DNA of 64,000 nucleotides from a virus, in IMG/VR virus record IMGVR_UViG_3300042400_000613, positions 22,018-86,017 of that record. One strand, given 5' to 3'. The notes below the pieces were generated by a model. The model searched no databases, had not been told where the DNA came from, and saw only the letters and a list, made by a program, of their open reading frames with translations. The position numbers and the translations under genes were made by a program. Of this stretch, positions 52,066-61,015 are shown in pieces. Every line of letters starts with the position of its first letter. Positions within the stretch are counted from its first letter, which is position 1.

Positions 52066-52803
52066 ATGGCTGACGTAGATTTAAAACAACAGGATAAGGA
52101 TATAAAAACATTGTCTTCTGCCGAACTAGATCAGAAAGTTGCAAAGCAGGGCATGAAGTTTGAGTTTGCTGATTCAAAAAGAGCTGCAAAATCAATTCTA
52201 ACACTAAAAAGATCGGACTTACCTAGAGGATATAAATCTAAGGTAGCTCAAGGTATCCTAAACCGTATAGATAGTGCATTAAGTAGAACCAAAGACAAGA
52301 TAAAGGTGTTTAACATTAAAAAAGCAAGAGCTCTTTGGGAGAAATTTTTTGATGCTTTTGCCGAAGAAAATCCAGAAGATGCAAAAAAAGCCGCACCAGA
52401 GGAAGAGGATAAGACTAAAGTAAAAGATTTAGGCGCCCAGGGAGCGGATACGACTTTAGAAGAGAGTGGATATCAGATTGTAAGAAATGATGCAGGAGAT
52501 AGTGGAGTTATTGTTAGGCTGTTAAAGGACAATGAATTTTCTATCGGATATTTTAAGGAGGACCCATCAGAACTAGTTGCAGCAAAATTAAAAATAAACG
52601 GAAGAGAGTTGAAGAACCAAGTAATGACTCTCCATATAAGCGAATTTATTGAGGAAGAGGTGGAACCTGTAGAAGAGCCTACGACAAAGCAAGCAGACAG
52701 GAATCCGAACAAAACTCAAGAAAAGCCTAAACAAAAAGAACAGCCTAAAGAAAAACCGAAAAGTGCACCCGCTAAACCAGATAAAGATGGCCAAGATAAG
52801 TGA
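52066..52803 (+). CDS. Hypothetical protein with a charged low-complexity tail
   Basis: 245-aa ORF. Confidence 0.65.
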   Translation: MADVDLKQQDKDIKTLSSAELDQKVAKQGMKFEFADSKRAAKSILTLKRSDLPRGYKSKVAQGILNRIDSALSRTKDKIKVFNIKKARALWEKFFDAFAEENPEDAKKAAPEEEDKTKVKDLGAQGADTTLEESGYQIVRNDAGDSGVIVRLLKDNEFSIGYFKEDPSELVAAKLKINGRELKNQVMTLHISEFIEEEVEPVEEPTTKQADRNPNKTQEKPKQKEQPKEKPKSAPAKPDKDGQDK

Positions 52804-52996
52804 TTATGAAGAAGCAGCGATAGATTTAGTCTTTGACATAACATCTAAAAATAATTTCACTAATTGGTCAGATAAAGTGTCTAAACATGAAAAAATAGAC
52901 ATATCAGAGAAGATGCTAAAGTATTATGAAAAGAAAGATGATTTTGCTAAATGTATTATAATTAAGAACGCTTTAAAACAAATTAAACATGTTTAG
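52788..52996 (+). CDS. Hypothetical protein; start approximate
   Basis: Likely start MAKIS; contains YYEKKDDFAKC. Confidence 0.55.
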
Positions 52997-53402
52997 ATTA
53001 AAATGGATTCCATTATTGGATAAAGTTTACATGTATTTGATAGATCCTCATACAGGCTATCCATTGTCTGTAAAAGAGTACCTACATTTTGAAGATGCAA
53101 TAAATGATTTATCAAATACTTTATCTAACATTGTTCTTCCTGAAAATTGGATTAGCAAAGATGGTAAGCATGAATATAAAATTGTAGTTCATGATAATGG
53201 ATCAAGCATTAAGGATTACATAGAAGTATTTTATAATTTCTTAGGCATTCCTATATCATCGGCAGAACAATTAGCTATCATCCTTAAAAATAATAAAAAA
53301 GTAGATTTCAAAAAAGTACAAGATTCCGAATTAATAAATGAATACTGCGAAGATTTAATAGCAGATAACATGAATTTTGAAGTACATATAACAAATATAT
53401 AA
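52989..53402 (+). CDS. Degenerate ClpS-like adaptor
   Basis: YKIVVHDN, YIEVF, SAEQLAIIL, K.K...K and CEDLIADNMNFEV follow the Bacteroidota ClpS pattern. Confidence 0.5.
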   Translation: MFRLKWIPLLDKVYMYLIDPHTGYPLSVKEYLHFEDAINDLSNTLSNIVLPENWISKDGKHEYKIVVHDNGSSIKDYIEVFYNFLGIPISSAEQLAIILKNNKKVDFKKVQDSELINEYCEDLIADNMNFEVHITNI

Positions 53403-53926
53403 TGAGCCTGTTTCAACGAAAGTCTTTTAATCCTAATGGCCGGCCTCAAATAAATCTAAGCGAGTCCGAAATAAAATACGCGATAGAAAATACTAACTCT
53501 TCGGCACAAGCAGCTAGATTCCTCCGAGTTTCCCCCTCTACCTTCAAAAAATACGCATCTATATACAAAAACCCTAATACCGGAGAGACCTGGTATGAAA
53601 CTTCCAATAACAAGAGTGGAGTAGGCGTTTTTAGAACACCTAAAGCATCTGATTTCTTTTCCGATTTAAAAGAGGTACTAGAGGGTAAGAGAGTTTGTAA
53701 AAATAAAACTCACTTCAAAAAGAGGCTACTAATGTCCGGATTGGTTTCAAGTAAGTGTTGTCTATGTGGATTTCATGAAAAGAGATTATCGGACGAGTCA
53801 AGCCCATTTCTTTTAGATCACATAGACGGAAATACAGATAATCAAAGAATAGAAAATATAAGAGTGTTGTGCTATAACTGTTATTATGTAAATGTAGGAA
53901 ATTTAATAGGACCCAAAAATTTTTAA
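53402..53926 (+). CDS. HTH-HNH endonuclease
   Basis: SAQAARFLRVSPSTFKK HTH, CCLCG and LDHIDGNTDNQRIENIRVLCYNC. Confidence 0.85.
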   Translation: MSLFQRKSFNPNGRPQINLSESEIKYAIENTNSSAQAARFLRVSPSTFKKYASIYKNPNTGETWYETSNNKSGVGVFRTPKASDFFSDLKEVLEGKRVCKNKTHFKKRLLMSGLVSSKCCLCGFHEKRLSDESSPFLLDHIDGNTDNQRIENIRVLCYNCYYVNVGNLIGPKNF

Positions 53927-53928
53927 TT

Positions 53929-54159
53929 ATGATTTCACTAGAATGGAGCGAAAGTATTTTATACAATTCCGCAGAAAATACAGAGGATTATAAAACCTAT
54001 TACAATGAATATTTGTTTAATATTTATCTGAATAGGAAAAATGAATTTACTGGTAAAAGAGAGGAGCTAGAAAAATTTCTTATCTCTCATAAAATAAATC
54101 CTGATTTTTCCGAAGTTCAAGAAAGGATAAAAGAATATATAGAAAATTACACAAAGTAA
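53929..54159 (+). CDS. Hypothetical protein
   Basis: 76-aa ORF in the operon. Confidence 0.55.
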   Translation: MISLEWSESILYNSAENTEDYKTYYNEYLFNIYLNRKNEFTGKREELEKFLISHKINPDFSEVQERIKEYIENYTK

Positions 54160-54160
54160 T

Positions 54161-54355
54161 ATGACAGAACAAAAGGATTTAGATGCAATGTTTATAGAGC
54201 TAGGTAGGATAGAGTATGAATTGAAATACTACATTCAAATGGTAGAAAATCATACTACGCTAAAAAATCAACTTGTCAACAATATTGATAAAGCTCTATA
54301 TTCTGATTTACAAAAAGAAGAAAAAACAGAAAAAAATGAAACAGATTTGGGTTAA
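54161..54355 (+). CDS. Hypothetical coiled-coil protein
   Basis: 64-aa ORF in the operon. Confidence 0.55.
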   Translation: MTEQKDLDAMFIELGRIEYELKYYIQMVENHTTLKNQLVNNIDKALYSDLQKEEKTEKNETDLG

Positions 54356-54539
54356 AAAACAGGATGTAGAAAAAGTAAATAACGACATCCTTGTAACAGA
54401 ATGTAGGCTAGAGGCCGAGTTATCCATACTAGAATCAGGAGATTCGCAATGGGTATCTGTCTATGTAACAGATGAGTATCTTAGTAGACTAAAAGGAATG
54501 TTCACATTAACTGAAAACAAAAAAGTAATACTAGGATAA
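54336..54539 (+). CDS. Hypothetical protein; start approximate
   Basis: Likely start MKQIW; ends in ENKKVILG. Confidence 0.55.
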   Translation: MKQIWVKKQDVEKVNNDILVTECRLEAELSILESGDSQWVSVYVTDEYLSRLKGMFTLTENKKVILG

Positions 54540-54540
54540 T

Positions 54541-55128
54541 ATGGCAATAGGTTTCAAGCAATTTGTTCCAAACTTAACAAATTACTACACTTTCACTAAC
54601 GGTTTCTCCGATTTGGAATTAGAAGCGGTCGAAAGATTAGCGGATAAAGTTCAATCTCAAAATGCATCTGTCTTAGGATCCCCCGAAGACGTTAATGAAT
54701 ACCGGAGAAGTACTATCAAATGGCTACCAAATAACGAAGAGTACGCTTGGATATATGAGAAATTATTCCATTACGCGGAAGAAGCCAATAATGCTATGTG
54801 GCAATTCAACATTGGGGACAACGTAGAAAATATCCAATACACGATATACAATAGTGCAGACGCAGGAATGTACGACTGGCACATTGACTGCGGCGGAACG
54901 CCTCCTGTATGTTTTAGGAAGATATCTATTACAGTTCAACTCACAGGACCGGATGAATATTCCGGAGGTGATTTAGTCTTGAAATACGGGAAACATGACA
55001 CGATTATACCAAAAAATAAAGGACGGGTCGCTATCTTCCCATCCTTTATGCTACATCGTGTTACTCCTGTCGAATCTGGTACTAGAAAATCTCTAGTTCT
55101 TTGGTTAGGAGGATTGCCTTACAGGTAA
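54541..55128 (+). CDS. 2OG-Fe(II) oxygenase (PKHD/prolyl hydroxylase type)
   Basis: YDWHID, RKIS, YSGG and FPSFMLHRVTPVESGTRKSLVLW. Confidence 0.92.
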   Translation: MAIGFKQFVPNLTNYYTFTNGFSDLELEAVERLADKVQSQNASVLGSPEDVNEYRRSTIKWLPNNEEYAWIYEKLFHYAEEANNAMWQFNIGDNVENIQYTIYNSADAGMYDWHIDCGGTPPVCFRKISITVQLTGPDEYSGGDLVLKYGKHDTIIPKNKGRVAIFPSFMLHRVTPVESGTRKSLVLWLGGLPYR

Positions 55129-56664
55129 TTATTTGATTGTATAAATTATTTTATTGCCTATTTCATCTACAGCTTCTATTGTATTTATGGTAATTTTTAA
55201 TGTACTTTGTAAATGGTTAACTATATAGCTACAAATGTCATGAGCATCAGAACCATTTTTTACGAAAACACCATTCTCGTTAAAGAATTTATCAAAATAC
55301 TGGCTGTAAAAAAACAAGACTTCATTGTAATCTAATAATGTTTTTGTTTGAAGAGCTACTTTTTTAATATATATCTTTTTGTATATCTTAGAGTTAGTTA
55401 ACCTATCTTTTTCAGAAATAGGCAATTTGTTAATATTAAATATGATTGAATTTGACTTTTTATCATTCCATGGATGCTGCACTTTCCATAAAAAAGAATG
55501 TGTAGCATCTATTTCTAATGTTAAATTTCTGAATGTAGATCTTTTACCTGGGAGCGGGATTGCAGGCTCCTGAATATCTTTAGGAGGTTCTACAGGTTGT
55601 GGGGCAGGAGCAGTTTTAGACAGTAATTTATCTAACATAGGGAATCCATACCCATACTCAATATCTTTACCTTCCGGCCCGCCATCTACGGCATTAGTAG
55701 AAAGAAAAGCTATAAGATCAGCTTGATTCTTTATTTCAGGGTACCACTTCAATACATGGCCCATAGCGGCCGTACCGTGAGGTGTAGCCATACTTGTACC
55801 ATCCCAAGACACATAGCTTCCGTTATCTTTAAAAGTAGACCAGATAGAAACTCCAGGAGCTATAGCCTCTAATTCTGTTCCGTATTGAGAGAAATTAGCT
55901 CTCTTACCTGTGTTATCACAAGCAGCCCAGGAGATAACTTCTTTATGAGCAGCGGGCCATCCCACTACACCACTTCCGTCGTTACCGGCAGCAGCATTAA
56001 CAAAAGCACCTCTTGATATAACTTGCTCTATAGCTCTAGAAATAGCAGGAGTTTCAGACCCGCCACCCCAAGAAAAATTGTAAACTAGCAAGTAACCTAG
56101 TTTTTTATACTCGGTTTCCCATACATTAGCGCCATGAAGTATTGCGTTAACTAACCAATCAGAAGCACCGGAGCCATTGGAATTTAATCCCTTTTGCGCC
56201 ATGATGAGATCTTCCGTAGGGGCATTGTTAACATAGGCCAAACCAAGCGGGAATCCATTAGGGTGTTTCCCCATAATAGTACCTGCAACGTGGTGGCCAT
56301 GTCCGTGACCATCGATTCCATTTTTATCGGTCGTATGGTCCAAGCAAAACTTTTTTGGTACAAATTGATTGTTTGATACCAGAGCGTCGTGATTTGGATA
56401 TGCCATAGTATCGACAACACAATACAATATTTTACGAGTTGGTTTCTCACCCCTTTTTAATTTTTCTGCAATAAAATCTGTTTTTAAAAAACCATAACCC
56501 CAATTACCGTCACTAAGTATTTTGGCCTGTAGTGTTGCGGAAATAGGGGTAGGAGGAGGGGGGAGAATGATTTCGTGATTCTCCCCTAGAGCATTAAAAT
56601 ATTTAGCAACTAGCTCAAAGTTTATTTTTTGAGCGAATTGTATGTCGGATGCGGAAAATTTCAT
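55129..56664 (-). CDS. S8 subtilisin-like serine protease
   Basis: Catalytic triad VVDT, HGHHVAG and GTSMATP, plus AAAGN. Confidence 0.93.
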   Translation of the reverse strand: MKFSASDIQFAQKINFELVAKYFNALGENHEIILPPPPTPISATLQAKILSDGNWGYGFLKTDFIAEKLKRGEKPTRKILYCVVDTMAYPNHDALVSNNQFVPKKFCLDHTTDKNGIDGHGHGHHVAGTIMGKHPNGFPLGLAYVNNAPTEDLIMAQKGLNSNGSGASDWLVNAILHGANVWETEYKKLGYLLVYNFSWGGGSETPAISRAIEQVISRGAFVNAAAGNDGSGVVGWPAAHKEVISWAACDNTGKRANFSQYGTELEAIAPGVSIWSTFKDNGSYVSWDGTSMATPHGTAAMGHVLKWYPEIKNQADLIAFLSTNAVDGGPEGKDIEYGYGFPMLDKLLSKTAPAPQPVEPPKDIQEPAIPLPGKRSTFRNLTLEIDATHSFLWKVQHPWNDKKSNSIIFNINKLPISEKDRLTNSKIYKKIYIKKVALQTKTLLDYNEVLFFYSQYFDKFFNENGVFVKNGSDAHDICSYIVNHLQSTLKITINTIEAVDEIGNKIIYTIK

Positions 56665-56960
56665 AGTAGTCTTTTTACTTGTGCGATTTTCTTGAGAGCC
56701 ATGTAATTACCTATTAACTTAGTTAAACTAAATAATACGACCTTAACTAACTCAAACCAGTTTATAATTTCTTCGCCTTGTGCATTGTAAATTACATTAC
56801 CGGCTTTATCGGTCTTAAAAATGGTTTTATCCATGTTCTTAAAAAATATCTTTAGAATTTCTCTAAACATATCTTTGTCACTTAGATTCTGCACATTAAA
56901 TTCCAGAGACTCGTACTCTTGGTAGCACTTCTCCATTTGTTCTGTTACTTTGTTATTCAT
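56661..56960 (-). CDS. Small protein with a C-terminal hydrophobic helix
   Basis: Start MNNKV downstream of a TATTTAT motif. Confidence 0.6.
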   Translation of the reverse strand: MNNKVTEQMEKCYQEYESLEFNVQNLSDKDMFREILKIFFKNMDKTIFKTDKAGNVIYNAQGEEIINWFELVKVVLFSLTKLIGNYMALKKIAQVKRLL

Positions 56961-56992
56961 AATAATACTTTTGAAATAAATAGTTATCAATC

Positions 56993-57913
56993 TTAATTAT
57001 TTAACCTCCGAGGAAAATATAATTTTTTAAATTCCCAATATTCTTTCATGTAATCAGCCCTCATATTATAATCAGGACTTGTATGATACCCGGATTTCAT
57101 CATACATTTACATATATTCCGGTAAATTTGAATCGGCGGGAGACTATAATCAGCCTTCCTGCACTTATCATATCTAGGAGCATTGAATACACTAGCCCAT
57201 ACTTTTATTCCCTCTTCAGTATTATTTGCGGAAAAGAACTTTTGTTTCATATTTCTCTTCCTTCCCTTTACATACTCTATTGTCATTAAGTTAACCCAAT
57301 CATATTTACCTATCTTCTTTATACCACCAGGATTACCGTACAACCGCCATAGTTCTGTCTCAACGCCAACAGATGTAGCTTCCAATATAAAGTAAGCATA
57401 TATAAAAGATACCGGGAAATCAGTCATGTGATGCACAGCATAGAAGAGAGAATCATAGTTATACAATAAATTCAATCTTCTTAGTGTAATAAGACTTAAG
57501 TTGTCTATATTCCTAAATCCCTGCTTACGTAGATATTCGGCAGCTTCTTTATGACTGTACTTCTTAAAATCGTGACCATGAGACCTAGAGGCGAATGCTG
57601 TGAAAGGAATGGCAAAGGGAACGGACTTGCTAGGCTTTGCAGCAGTTCCGTTCCTTTGTATATTCACTTTATTCTCTATGTACACCGTATCTTTTACAAT
57701 GGTATAGATTGATTTCTCTATGTACACAGTGTCATAAACGTATTGGACAGCATACTCAATAGAACCTCCGGAGAATATTTCTTGCTTATCGTAATCAGAT
57801 GGAGTATTTCTACTAGTAATAGCGCCCAAGAAAAACGCAGTGACTATTGAAAGCCCAATGTAGATAGGCAATCTTTTATTCTCCCGTATATAGGTTTCTA
57901 CTCTTTCTCCCAT
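56993..57913 (-). CDS. GH73/glucosaminidase-like peptidoglycan hydrolase with an N-terminal membrane anchor (candidate endolysin)
   Basis: FILEA, NPGGIK, TIEY and GYHTSPDY (YATD-like), plus an N-terminal TM segment. Confidence 0.75.
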   Translation of the reverse strand: MGERVETYIRENKRLPIYIGLSIVTAFFLGAITSRNTPSDYDKQEIFSGGSIEYAVQYVYDTVYIEKSIYTIVKDTVYIENKVNIQRNGTAAKPSKSVPFAIPFTAFASRSHGHDFKKYSHKEAAEYLRKQGFRNIDNLSLITLRRLNLLYNYDSLFYAVHHMTDFPVSFIYAYFILEATSVGVETELWRLYGNPGGIKKIGKYDWVNLMTIEYVKGRKRNMKQKFFSANNTEEGIKVWASVFNAPRYDKCRKADYSLPPIQIYRNICKCMMKSGYHTSPDYNMRADYMKEYWEFKKLYFPRRLNN

Positions 57914-57914
57914 T

Positions 57915-58172
57915 TTAATCTACACTTACGTTTTCTATGGCGTATATGATTTTCTTAACTTGACTATATGTTCTGTAAATTAGCGAGGTACTATCAAAGA
58001 ACGATACGGACCACTCACCTTTGTCTATCTGATCATTACACTCGTTCGTAATCAAGCTAAGATATGTTTTCTCCTCAGTTTGACCTACAAAATCATATAT
58101 GTAGTAATACACATCAGGTTCATCTGCGTATTCCTTCTTAAAACCCAATAACTCCAATTCTGCTTCTTTCAT
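57915..58172 (-). CDS. Hypothetical protein
   Basis: 85-aa ORF with LELLGFKK. Confidence 0.65.
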   Translation of the reverse strand: MKEAELELLGFKKEYADEPDVYYYIYDFVGQTEEKTYLSLITNECNDQIDKGEWSVSFFDSTSLIYRTYSQVKKIIYAIENVSVD

Positions 58173-58225
58173 CTTTTGTTATTTATATTACGCCAAATAA
58201 AGTTTTTACGAAAGGTTTTGGCAAT

Positions 58226-58753
58226 TTATACCCTTTCAATCTCATTACCAGAAATCATAGACATATCAGCCTCTAAATAAGATAAGGGCTTCAACATCTT
58301 ACCGTCAGATAACCTAGAGAAATAATAGAAATCCTCACCTTCTACTGTACAGGACTTAATATCAATCCTGTCATCAGTTGTCATACCGTATTTCTTACGA
58401 ACACCAAGCAACTGTGATTCCGCTAGCGACTTAGAGGGTAGAAACTTACTAAAATTACTTTCATTGACTTTCTCGATAGCTTCAATAACCGGAATGTCTA
58501 ATTGAACTAAGATGCCAAGCAATGTATAAATAACATCAACTGCCTCCTTTGCAATGTGCTGCCTGTTAATAAAATCAAAATCAATGTTATCATCCATGTC
58601 AGAATCATCTAATGGCATGAACTCATCAATAAATTCAGTGTTTTCATCTAAGAACATCGCTAACGCATTCTGTATATCTTCCACTTTTTTTTGCTCATGT
58701 CGTCCTAACATCTTTTGGAATTTGACAACATCTTCTAAGACATCTCTTTTCAT
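58226..58753 (-). CDS. MazG-like/PRA-PH nucleotide pyrophosphohydrolase; start approximate
   Basis: V..FQ, DENTEF, KEAVDVIY, V.ESNFSK and DGKMLKP. Confidence 0.8.
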   Translation of the reverse strand: MKRDVLEDVVKFQKMLGRHEQKKVEDIQNALAMFLDENTEFIDEFMPLDDSDMDDNIDFDFINRQHIAKEAVDVIYTLLGILVQLDIPVIEAIEKVNESNFSKFLPSKSLAESQLLGVRKKYGMTTDDRIDIKSCTVEGEDFYYFSRLSDGKMLKPLSYLEADMSMISGNEIERV

Positions 58754-58885
58754 TTTTACTGATTTGTGATTGTTGATATAATAAAATTTTGGAATAGACA
58801 TAAAAACATTTTTACACATGCGGACATCAATGAGGCAGCATGCGAATTAACATTTGTTTGTTTTGTTTGAGAGAGGGAAGGTTAG

Positions 58886-58957
58886 TAGCGGGAACCAGAG
58901 TCGAACTGATAGTATAAGATCATGAGTCTTATGTGTTAACCATTACACTATCCCGCT
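58886..58957 (-). tRNA. tRNA with anticodon CAT (elongator Met or Ile2); CCA not encoded
   Basis: Minus strand AGCGGGA-TA-GTGT AATGGTTA ACAC-A-TAAGA CTCATGA TCTTA-TACT-ATCAG TTCGACT CTGGT-TCCCGCT-A. Confidence 0.9.
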
Positions 58958-59080
58958 ATATTTAACCTTGCACTACAGTAGTATGAATAATACTTTCCCG
59001 TAGTTTTATTTGTATTTTTTTAGGTTCCTTTAGTATTGGTCCTTTTTCTTTGGTTTTTTCCATATTCACTAAATTTTAAA

Positions 59081-59088
59081 CAAAGGTA
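59081..59088 (-). promoter_or_regulatory. Bacteroidota-type -7 element upstream of the tRNA
   Basis: TACCTTTG on the minus strand. Confidence 0.55.
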
Positions 59089-59100
59089 AACCAAAAAAGT

Positions 59101-59457
59101 TTAATGTGCAAGTTTTTTTTCCTTTATCCACTTATTTATTTTTCTGCGTACACTATATCTAACAAAAGCAGGTTCTTTCCCGTACTTTTTATTGTTAATG
59201 TATCCGCTATTTCCTATACCCATGTAGTAAGTCCATCTGCCATTTACTATAACAAAATTATCGGAGTTAGGATCAAGGCAATTCACTAAGGAATCTACGA
59301 ATTGTTTTTTGGACTGTATGGTATCTTCGCCGAACACAAAAGCTCCGGATTTGTAAGATGCCCAAGGTCCCTTGTTTACAAAAATAGAATCTCGGTATCT
59401 CTGACTTAAAGCTAGCGTACTAACTAAAAGACAAAGAACTACTAGATAAGTTCTCAT
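59101..59457 (-). CDS. Secreted hypothetical protein
   Basis: Signal peptide MRTYLVVLCLLVSTLALSQ; TATTTAT upstream. Confidence 0.7.
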   Translation of the reverse strand: MRTYLVVLCLLVSTLALSQRYRDSIFVNKGPWASYKSGAFVFGEDTIQSKKQFVDSLVNCLDPNSDNFVIVNGRWTYYMGIGNSGYINNKKYGKEPAFVRYSVRRKINKWIKEKKLAH

Positions 59458-59515
59458 TGGTTTGATTTTTAGTATAAATATGTACTCACAGTACAAATAT
59501 TGGATTTATTTTAAA

Positions 59516-59800
59516 CTAATCTACATTTTTCTCCTTCATATACTTCATACTTACAAACTTTCCAGTGAAACTACCTAAGATATACGAGGCAATCATGTAG
59601 AGATTACCCTGTATCAAAGCATCAATAGAAAAGTAAAGAGAGGCGAGAGAAATGATGTTTATCATAACAGCGTTTATTAAAGATTTAGTAATTTGTTTGT
59701 TATATGTATATTGTATTTCAAGAGTCCTAAGAATGTTGATGGAGAATTGAAATATGAATAGAAGTATCATGTCCATGTTATCGGTAATCATATTTAGCAC
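59516..59800 (-). CDS. Small membrane protein (DUF5698/DUF2179-like)
   Basis: Three hydrophobic segments, LRTL and YILGSFTG. Confidence 0.6.
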   Translation of the reverse strand: MLNMITDNMDMILLFIFQFSINILRTLEIQYTYNKQITKSLINAVMINIISLASLYFSIDALIQGNLYMIASYILGSFTGKFVSMKYMKEKNVD

Positions 59801-60341
59801 TCTCGTATAAAGCCTTCAAGTCATCCATGTTTATATTTTCCTTCGGCCGGACCTCGACAAGTGTACCGGTTTGGCTCACAATCTCGACGTAAGGCAGGAT
59901 ATCGTGGTAGTGGGTACGAGAAGTAAAGTCATGTATTAAGATGGATTGTACGCCCTTTATGACCGCTTTACAGGCACAGGCTAATCTGAACCTACCATCA
60001 ACTAGTACAACATCAATATCGTCGTACTTATCAATAACAGCAGAATACGTAGGAAAGTTGTCTTTTTTATTGTTGTTAGTTGGTCTCCCCATATTCCCAG
60101 CGTTAATGTCAATATGGTGGAACGTTATATCTGGGTGGATCTTAACTGCCTCGTATTGCTTCACCTCCTCTATCCACATTTTTTGAGACTCCACTGATAC
60201 TACCTTCCCGGCCCCATTTTTGCACGCCCGGAAAGTACTCCCACCTGCACCCCACTCAAAGTAAAACACAACACCCCGAACAGCATTCACAAACATTTCT
60301 TCCTCATCCTTTTTCATTAGTATTCCCGGCTCTTTTCTCAT
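59778..60341 (-). CDS. SAM-dependent methyltransferase-like protein
   Basis: YFEWGAGGST, SVES, VLVDGRFRLAC and IHDF. Confidence 0.8.
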   Translation of the reverse strand: MRKEPGILMKKDEEEMFVNAVRGVVFYFEWGAGGSTFRACKNGAGKVVSVESQKMWIEEVKQYEAVKIHPDITFHHIDINAGNMGRPTNNNKKDNFPTYSAVIDKYDDIDVVLVDGRFRLACACKAVIKGVQSILIHDFTSRTHYHDILPYVEIVSQTGTLVEVRPKENINMDDLKALYESAKYDYR

Positions 60342-60344
60342 AAA

Positions 60345-60720
60345 TTCTTTTTACATGCTTATTAATCTCTTTCATATATAAGTACATTCAGAGAGCATCC
60401 TTATCATCATGTCTTTTATATTTCATATTCATTTTACATATTAGAAGCATTTTACTTTACACATTAGAAGAATTTCATTTTATACATTTTCTCTGCATCC
60501 ACTTATTATTCTTTTTTCATTTAATATTTCATGCTTTCTTAAATGTTATTTTTCATCCTTTTTCATTTAATATTTCATGTTATTTTAATTTTATACTTTA
60601 ATATTTCATGTTATTTTAAATCTTATTTTTCATTTAGTAGCAATGCATATTTCATTCTTATTTCATTTTATATTTCATCCTATGTTCATGTTATTTTGAG
60701 TGCATTTTTTTTGTCCGCGG
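60345..60720. repeat. Non-coding T-rich low-complexity tract with recurrent (TT)CAT(G) units
   Basis: TTTTCATTTAATATTTCATG and ATATTTCATGTTATTTT recur; the tract ends at CCGCGG (60715). Confidence 0.75.
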
Positions 60721-60984
60721 TTTTTTAAATATTGATTCCGGAGAAGTGCCAAAACTGTATAGGGAAAAGTGTAAAAGCCTGATAATTAATAGGTTGCTTA
60801 GTGAATTACTTCAAATGGTATATAAATAACTAGTAGGGAAAAAAATGGACCTCGATATGAACGTGGTTCTAACCGGCGATCCCTTTTCTGGACTTTTTGT
60901 GTCTTATCGAAAATAATGGAATGGCTGAAACCCGCATGGTTATTAGGTTTCAGATCTTTTGTCAATTTTTTTGAAAAATAGTGC

Positions 60985-61015
60985 TTGACAGTCAATATCT
61001 GAAAATCTATCTTTG
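60985..61015 (+). promoter_or_regulatory. Early promoter, Bacteroidota sigma type
   Basis: TTG(ACA) followed by TATCTTTG at 61008-61015. Confidence 0.7.

Noticed and set aside
58962-59063. 33-aa minus-strand ORF between the promoter and the tRNA
   Set aside because: It is too short and featureless to support, and may simply be tRNA leader.
248-60186. Many short antisense or nested ORFs in the track
   Set aside because: They are shadows of well-supported genes on the opposite strand, with no motifs.
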